This document shows positions 56,595-64,000 of a stretch of DNA of 64,000 nt, one piece after another (positions within the stretch are counted from its first letter, which is position 1; each line of letters opens with the position of its first letter). The translations under genes and the position numbers were made by a program. The notes under the pieces were generated by a model. The model made no database searches. It was not told where the DNA came from and worked only from the letters and a program-made list of their open reading frames with translations. Source of the DNA: Malacoraja senta (Eukaryota); the NCBI GenBank assembly GCA_038087875.1, contig CM075989.1, positions 12,402,001 through 12,466,000 on the forward strand, given 5' to 3'.

Positions 56595-57911
56595 CGTCTT
56601 TAAATACAGGAGCGGTGCCGGAAGACTGGAGGGTGGTAAATGTTGTGCCTCTATTCAAGAAGGGCTGCAGGGAAAATGCTGGGATCTATAGGCCAGTGAG
56701 CTTAACATCTGTGGTTGGAAAGCTACTAGAGAGTATTTTGAAGGATAGGATATACAGGCATTTAGACGGACAAGGGCTAATTAGGGATAGTCAGCATGGG
56801 TTTGTACGTGCGAGGTCATGTCTCACAATTCTGATTGAGTTTTTTAAGACGTGACCAAAAAGGTCGATGAGGGCAGAGCTGTAGATGTTTTATACATGGA
56901 CTTCAGCAAAGCATTCAAAAAGGATCTGCACGGTAGGCTGCTCTGGAAGGTTAGATCGCATTGGATCCAAGGAGAGATACCTGAATGGATAGAAATGAAT
57001 GGATAGAAAATTGGCTTCGTGGAAGGAAGCAGAGGGTGATGGTGGAAGGTTGCTTCTCGGACTGGAAGCCTGCAACTCGTGGTGTACCTCAGGTTTTGTG
57101 CTGGGCCCGTTACTGTTTGTCATCTATATCAATGATTTGGATAAGAACATACATGGCAAGATTAGCAAGTTAGACACAAAATGCTGGAGTAACTCAGCGG
57201 GACAGGCAGCATCTCTGGAGAGAAGGAACGGGTGACGCAGGGAGATAGCGTGGTCAAAAAGGCGTTTAGCACATTGGCCTTCATAAGAGTATTGAGTATA
57301 GAAGTTGGGAGGTCATGTTGCAGTTGTATAAGACGTTGGTGAGACTGCATTTAGAGTATTGTGTTCAGTTCTGGGCACCGTGTTATAGGAAAGATGTCAA
57401 GCTGGAAAGTGTACAGAGAAGATTTATGAGGATGTTGCCAGGACTAGAGGGTCTGAGCTATAGGGAGAGGTTGAGTAGAGTAGGTCTCTATTTCCTGGAG
57501 GGCAGGAGGATGAGGGATGATCTTATAGAGGTGTATAAATTTGTGAGAGGAATAGATCGGGTAGATGCACAGAGTATCTTGCCCAGAGTAGGTGAATCGA
57601 GGACCAGAGGACATAGGTTTAAGGTGAAGGGGAAAAGATTTAATAGGAATCTGAGTGGTATCTTTTTCCACACAAAGGGTGGTGGATATATGGAACAAGC
57701 TGCCCGAGGAGGTAATTGAGGATGGGTCCTCTATTGAGGAGGTAATTGAGAATGTTTAAGAAACATTTGGACAGGTACATGGATAGGACAGGTTTGAAGG
57801 GATATGGACCAAACGCAGGTAGGTGGGACTAGTGTATCAGGGACATGTTCGCAGGTGTGGGAAAGTTGGGCCAAAGGGCCTGTTTCCACACTGCTTCACT
57901 CTATGACTCTA
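56595..57911 (+). mobile_element. CR1/HER1-type LINE (RT to 3' end), interrupted by a Penelope-derived piece at ~57171-57237
   Basis: PEDWRVVNVVPLFKKG...YRPVSLTSVVGKLLE...SQHGF; GPLLFVIYINDLD; tail ctctatgactct. Confidence 0.92.
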
Positions 57912-58309
57912 GGAACAAAGAGTTTTTGCCACACTTAATAAAAGAAAATAGAAAAGAACAATAGTTTATCATTTAAAATAAATGCACAACGTGCTATAGT
58001 AACTCAATGGGTCAGACAGCATCTATGGACAGGTGACATGTCAGGTCTGGCTCCCTCTTCAAATTGATTGTGGTGGGGGGGGACACCTTTTTGTCTTTTC
58101 ATCTGACCTTTGTCCAACCATCTGCCTATCAAAACCCCCGACCTGTATCCACCTATCACTCGACAGGCTTTGTCCTGCTCCCTACCTCTTCTAGTTTTCT
58201 CTTCTTCCTTCACAATCAGTCTGAAGAAGGGTCCTGACCCAAAATATCACCTACCGTTGTTTTTCTATGACAAATGGTGTTCATTGATACGTTTGGTTTT
58301 AAAATGGCT

Positions 58310-59065
58310 AATTTTACCACCAGGTGTGCCGAACGATTGGCAGCCTCGCCAACAGTCTGTTTTTTTGTCTTTTTTTTTGTTATTTTTAGTGTGTTTTGAA
58401 AGTTTGTATAAATGTTCTCTGGTTTGTTTTATGTGGTGGGTGGGGGAGGGGGTCAGGGAAAAAACTATTTTTCAGTCTCTTACCTTGCCGGAGATGCAAT
58501 TGTTTTCCTGATGGTGTTTCCAGTCGCTCTGCGGCCTAACATCTTGGAGCTGGAGGCCTCACTCGGGACTGACTTTGAGCCCCACCGAGGGGCGTGGAAT
58601 TACCATCGGAGCCGATCCCTTGCCTGGGATCGCTCCAACTGCGGACTTTACCATCGAGAGCTTGCAGTCTCGTGAGAGACCGAGTCGGCATGCTGCAACG
58701 ACGCAGAAGGTTCGACAAGCCCCGACCCGGGGTCAGGTCAGCGGGGGAGCTGAGATATCCCCCCCATTGCAAGAGCTGGATCGCCCCAATGCGGAGGGCC
58801 CGACCACCGGCTACGGGAGTAAGATCGTCCCATCAACGGAAGGCTTGCGGCCCCCGACCGTGGGAGAACAAAGAAGAGAAGAGATTGAACTTTTTTTCGC
58901 CTTCCATCACAGTGAGGATTGTGGAGGAGTCACTGTGGTGGATGTTTATGTTAAAATGTATTTTGTGTGTTCCGTTGCTTTTTATTTGTAAGACTGACTT
59001 GGCAAATGAAATTCCTCATATGTTGCAAAACATACTTGGCTAATAAAGTATTATTGTATTGTATT
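58310..59065 (+). mobile_element. GC-rich non-autonomous retroelement with Rex1-like 3' tail
   Basis: Shared blocks tcagtc..tacct..cggagatg, cggccta, gaacaa..gaagag, gccttcc.tcacagtg; ends aataaag(tattg)n. Confidence 0.6.
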
Positions 59066-59899
59066 ATATTAGTCTATTCAGTTATCAATCAGTGATATTG
59101 CTGAGATTTTTCAGTGGTTATCTGCACAAATAACTGAATGGTCCCAAAGGTCATCAGTTCTGAAGTGCCATCACATTGTCACAGTCACCAGTACAAAATT
59201 ATTTATTTAAAAATAGAAAAAATTACCACCCGCATGTGTAAAATAAGGAGGTAATTATTAGTGAACAGTAACATGAATATTAATGGTTACTGTATGCTAC
59301 TGTTTTATTTTGACAGCTTACATTTGTAAAGCAACATTATTATTTTAAGCTCCCAAAGGTGCATATTTTATGAGGCAATAACCCAAAATGTGGTGGTTCT
59401 GCATCTTTTGTCATGAAGCTAGATATACGGAGAAGGAATGAATAAATGATTTCAACCAGCAAGAAATGCACAATTTAGCAGATTAAGAGATCCTTCAACT
59501 GTCCTCCTTTAAAGAAACTAAATGGATGGTCGGATGAGCACTTGATAACAATTCTATACTTCAGTAATGTCTGGCAGCAGGCAAAAATATAGTTAACCTA
59601 AAAAAAATCAATAAAACAAACAATTCGATACAATAGCGTGAAAATATAACCAGTATTATCTTTGGCTACCTTAGGTATACTGCTTACAATTCATGGCAGG
59701 CAGACAGGGAAGTAGGGAGAAGTTGAAAGGTATGTTGACAGTGTTGTTCAGTAAGGTAGTAGGATGACAATCTGTACTTACTCTTCTACTCTTGTGTGGT
59801 TACCGAACCTCTGCCTACTGACAGGCCAAATATTTTTTGGCATGATGAAGTCCAGTGGTGGGGAGGAGGGTAGCTGGTGGGATGGGCATGTAGAAGTTA

Positions 59900-60295
59900 G
59901 ATAAAATTAGAGAATGTGACATTCTTACTGCTGAGTTGTAAGCTACCCAAGTGAAATTTGAGGTGCAGTTCCTTCAATTTCTATGTGGCCTCATTCTGGC
60001 AATGAATGAGGCCCAGGACAGAAGGGATAGTATGGGAATGGAAAGGTTAGTTAAAATAGCTAGCAACCGGGAGATCCAGTAGGCTTTGGCAAACCGAGCG
60101 TAAGTGTTCAGCGAAATGAACGCCGAGTCTATGCTTGGTCTTGCCAATGTACAGGAGCCAACATCGGGAACACTGGGAGCAGTAGATGAGGTTAGAGGAG
60201 GTGCATGTGAACCTTTGTCTCACCTGGAAGGGCAGTCAGGGTCTCTGGATGGAGTCAAGGGAGGAGGTATAAGGGCAGGTGTTACTTTTCCTGTG
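59900..60295 (-). mobile_element. Older Penelope-like GIY-YIG remnant
   Basis: Reverse complement aligns by eye to 24230-24610 (gaggcccaggacaga; gatgaggttagaggaggtgca). Confidence 0.8.
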
Positions 60296-61912
60296 GTAAA
60301 AGAATCAAGCCCACAAAAATAGGTAACACATACCTCATGCTCTGGGATTGTTCCTTCCTTGCTCATTTTATTCCTTAAAAGGTCATGCACCCATTTAATC
60401 TAGCACTATCAATTTCCACAGAAAGTTCATTTTGATGGGAAAAAGCTCTGACTTTAACAGCACTTTGAAAAGTTCCTGGTTTACTGAAATTCTGCAGACA
60501 GTTAGATTGTGGAGAAAAGAAGATACCATAAATTGTGTCCTTGGGTTAATCGTGTTGTGATTGGAAAAGACTTTTCCTTTAGGCTTTGCAATGTTGCATT
60601 TAGTTTTTATAAAGTTGCTTCCAACAAAGGCCGCATGGTCTCATAGCATGTTTGGTGGAATTTTAATTTATTTTTTATCATTGTCAGTCAATCAGGAGTT
60701 AAATACTCTCTCTTCCTGAATTTCTTCCTGAAGGAGCAGCTGACGCAATCACAGAAATGTGGTGTTTTTAAGACAATCTCAAAATAGTTTCTGAAGAGTA
60801 TGAAAGATAGATTGAGTCAATGTCGTTTTACTTTAAATTAAACAATGTTATTTATTTTAAAATAATTATTTAAAATATTTTTGAATAATTGAAAGTGCAC
60901 TCTGCTCACTCACCCCTGCTAGTAATGTCACAAGCATCATTATACTTTATCATAATTCACCATACATAGTAGTGGCGTTCTGAAGCATTATTTATGCTGA
61001 CAATATAAATCTAGTTTATTTTTCAAATTTCTTGCAATGTAGCTCAAATTTAAGAAAGCTTTTTTTTTAAAATTAGAAATTAGAGAAACCACTGCATTCT
61101 TTAAATTACTTTGATTTTGTCTAAAATAACCTTGGGAATTGCTGAATCTCCTCCCTTTGCAACTGACCACCAGATCTCTTATTGCCGTGATAGTCTGCTC
61201 TTGATTAATCAATGAATCTACAAATCCACAGGCAATATCTTAATCAGTATTCCCGGACTGTCTGACATTGGAGACCAGTTGTGATACTTGTCCTGTGTAA
61301 CCATCTACTTTGACTGTGTGAACTGAATGTTTTCTTTATTATGACGGCCAAAGATCTTTCTAACAATGAAATCATTTAAAAAGTGATTGTGTCGAGTGAT
61401 ACTATTGTCAGAAGGCTAATCTGCTTGAGAGCCTGGCTTTGCTCTGCACTCTTGAAGGTTAATTGATTATTACCATGATTTAAACTTGCATGGAAATGCT
61501 ATAAACAAAATAGCACATTTAATTCTTGGGAACTGATTAGCAGCTACTTCTCAGAAAAAAAATGTAAGTACTAGCTGAAGCACCCTTTTCTATGAATGGT
61601 GTACTGTGCTGGCTGAGACACAAAAACATTTCAGATTGGCTTGGAAGCTGAGGAACAGAATACACTTGTCTGTGGTGCAGGATTCTTGTTGGAGTGGGTG
61701 CAGGTCCCTTTCTAGCCACAAATGTCCCTACCTTGTTTTGATAAAGGTGTGGCTGGTGAAGGTGGCTTTCCGTTTTAATGAAGATGCTGTTTCAGAAATG
61801 TAGAAAAATTGTACCAACATCTTTGCGGAGATCCTGGTAGGAGAATTATTCCAGGAGACTGCAAACTTAAGAGAATACTTTCAGTACAACTTTAAACTTA
61901 AACTAAGTATAA

Positions 61913-62623
61913 AGGGCCTGTCCCACTTACGTGTCCTGGGCACGCAAATTACGCGACCTCGTGGTCGCGTTGAGGCGCACGGGCATCGTATGGCTGCGCG
62001 GGGCCGGTCCCACTGAGAAGCGCAGAGAGGTATGTAGTTGTGCGCGACAGCGCGCGGGGCTCCGAAATTTTTGTAGCGAACGAAATCTTCGCGTGCCAAC
62101 GGCCTGTCGCGGAACTGACGGCCAAGACCCAAGACCACTGACGGCCAAGGCCCAAGACCCTGGTACGACGCAACGTCTCACCTCTAACAGCAGCAGAAGC
62201 AGGCAAACGATCGCCGAACTCGGCCTGGGGTTCACGGCCGTTGCGGTCCGGATCCGCCCCCCACTTCTACTCCCAGAGCGGGGCCAAGAAAATTGAAGAT
62301 AGACACAAAATGCTGGAGTAACTCAGCGGGACCGGCAGCATCTCTGGAGAGAAGGAATGGATGATGTTCCGGGTCAAGACCCTTCTTTCAGACTGAAGAA
62401 GGGTCTCGACCCGAAACATCACCCATTGCTTCTCTCCAGAGATGCTGCCGGTCCCGCTGAGTTACTCCGGCATTTTGCGTCCACCTTCAAATGACGTCAC
62501 GCGCTCCAGACGGCTGTGCGCACGCATGAAATCGCGTGCGACCTTCGCGGGACCGTCGCGGCTCAACGCGACCACGAGGTCGCGTAATTTGCATGCTAAG
62601 GACACGTAAGTGGGACAGGCCCT
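61913..62623. mobile_element. PIF/Harbinger-type MITE containing a Penelope-derived palindrome
   Basis: ~62 bp TIRs AGGGCCTGTCCCACTTACGTGTCC...; TAA TSD at 61910-61912 and 62624-62626. Confidence 0.88.
62293..62490. mobile_element. Near-perfect ~200 bp Penelope pLTR-derived palindrome
   Basis: Arms are reverse complements around the centre at 62392; a hammerhead-like core lies on each strand. Confidence 0.85.
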
Positions 62624-62974
62624 TAACTTAAGAGTGTGGTGCTTGAGTTGACAGTGTTGGTCTCAATTTGGTGATTGAAGTCTTGGTGTGCCTGCTCTGC
62701 ACATTTCTAGTGGATGTATCTATTTTGGTGGTTGCAGTGGCTCTTAATAAATTGTCTGTGTTTTCATTGCAGATCTATGCAGACTCAAGTCAATGCCCAC
62801 ATTATCTAAGCAGTGGTGCAAATTTATGGCCTTATTTTTCTGAATTTATTTAAAGCTGAATTTACAAATGCCAACTGCAGTGGTTGGATTTTCATGGATT
62901 ATGATTAGCCAACAGAAAGAGAAATTTAGTAATTCAGCAGAGGGCAAAAGATTCCAGCATGATGTGAAATCATG

Positions 62975-63135
62975 ATGAGGAGCTCGGGCTCCTCCTCCGC
63001 CTTTTTTCCTTTTTCCTTTCTTCTCCCCACCCCCTATCAGTCTGAAGAAGGGTTTCGGCCTGAAACATTGCCTATATCCTTCGCTCCATAGATGCTGCTG
63101 CACCCGCTGAGTTTCTCCAGCATTTTTGTGTACCT
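62975..63135 (+). mobile_element. Penelope pLTR-derived element
   Basis: tcagtctgaagaagggtttcggcctgaaaca...; flanking direct repeat ATGATGTGAAA at 62959-62969 and 63136-63146. Confidence 0.8.
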
Positions 63136-64000
63136 ATGATGTGAAACATGTTTGATATATTAACAGCAATCGATAATACTATTGATGTAAGATTTGAGAA
63201 TTTACAGTGACACCAGTGAACAAGATGTTTTGTTCATTGTACTTGCAATTAGTCCTTGAATTTTATAATTGCATAATTATTTCTGTTCAAATGTCCTTAA
63301 TATTTAAGAAACATTTAGATAGGGTAGATAGGGTAGGTTTAGAGGGATATGGGTCAAATGCGGGCATGGGTGGGACTAGTATAGATGGGACAAATTGGTC
63401 GGTGTGGGCAAGTTGGGCCGAAGGCAGTATGACTCTATGACTTAATCTTTCCTAATATGAATGTTGCTTATTTTGAGTACAGAATTTAAATTTTTTTAAA
63501 TTGTAACCTCAATTTATCTAAGGTACAATACCATCAAAATCTTAGAGCCATATAATTTAGTTCTGTAGAACTTGAAAAGATGACAAGTTTTAAGTGAGTT
63601 GTTTTTAAATTCTTCATGTTGACTTTTTCTGTGAAATAGCTTAACTAGCTGTTTGACCTTGGAAAAGCTAGAATAATTCATGATAATCAAATTACTACCG
63701 AGCTGGCATGGTTACAGTTTGCTATGTAGGTCATTTTTATTGCTAGCTTGAATGGAACTAATTTTAGCATTCTGCCAAGAATGCAAATATTATCAGATCA
63801 ATGCATCTGAACATAATTGTTCAATTAAGTCAATCAAACAAAACTAGTCTGCTTAAAAAAAGTGGCACACATGTCCACAAAGCTTAGAATATCATTAACT
63901 TAAAACACACCTATGGAAAACACTTGTACGCTGCAAAAATCAGGTAGGTTACATTTATGCAGTAATGTCTTGTTTTTGACAACACATAAAATCTATAAAT

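Noticed and set aside
61864..62634. 10-bp direct repeat AACTTAAGAG around the MITE
   Set aside because: The MITE already has a clean TAA TSD; the AT-rich repeat may be chance or an older event.

Overview
Vertebrate genomic DNA. The HER1/CR1 LINE, V-SINE and Penelope repeat content points to a cartilaginous fish, probably a skate or ray (inference). The only host gene I can support is MEGF11 on the + strand: three coding exons (31141-31253, 38656-38757, 40621-40721) encoding the signal peptide and EMI domain. The upstream exon and the next coding exon were not found. The rest is intronic and dense in transposon remnants: CR1/HER1, Rex1, L2, Penelope, Tc1, Harbinger-type MITEs, a hAT-like element and a solo LTR, with a 200-N gap at 34634-34833. 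Two things stand out. (1) A family of non-autonomous Helitron-like elements, two of which carry recognisable first-exon fragments of unrelated housekeeping genes (ALG13-like at 10846-10919; HTRA2-like at 43255-43557), each ending in a GT donor at the intron position I recall for the parent gene. (2) Many short Penelope-derived elements carrying minimal hammerhead-ribozyme cores, some as back-to-back palindromes. All family and gene assignments are from recognition by eye; no database searches were run.
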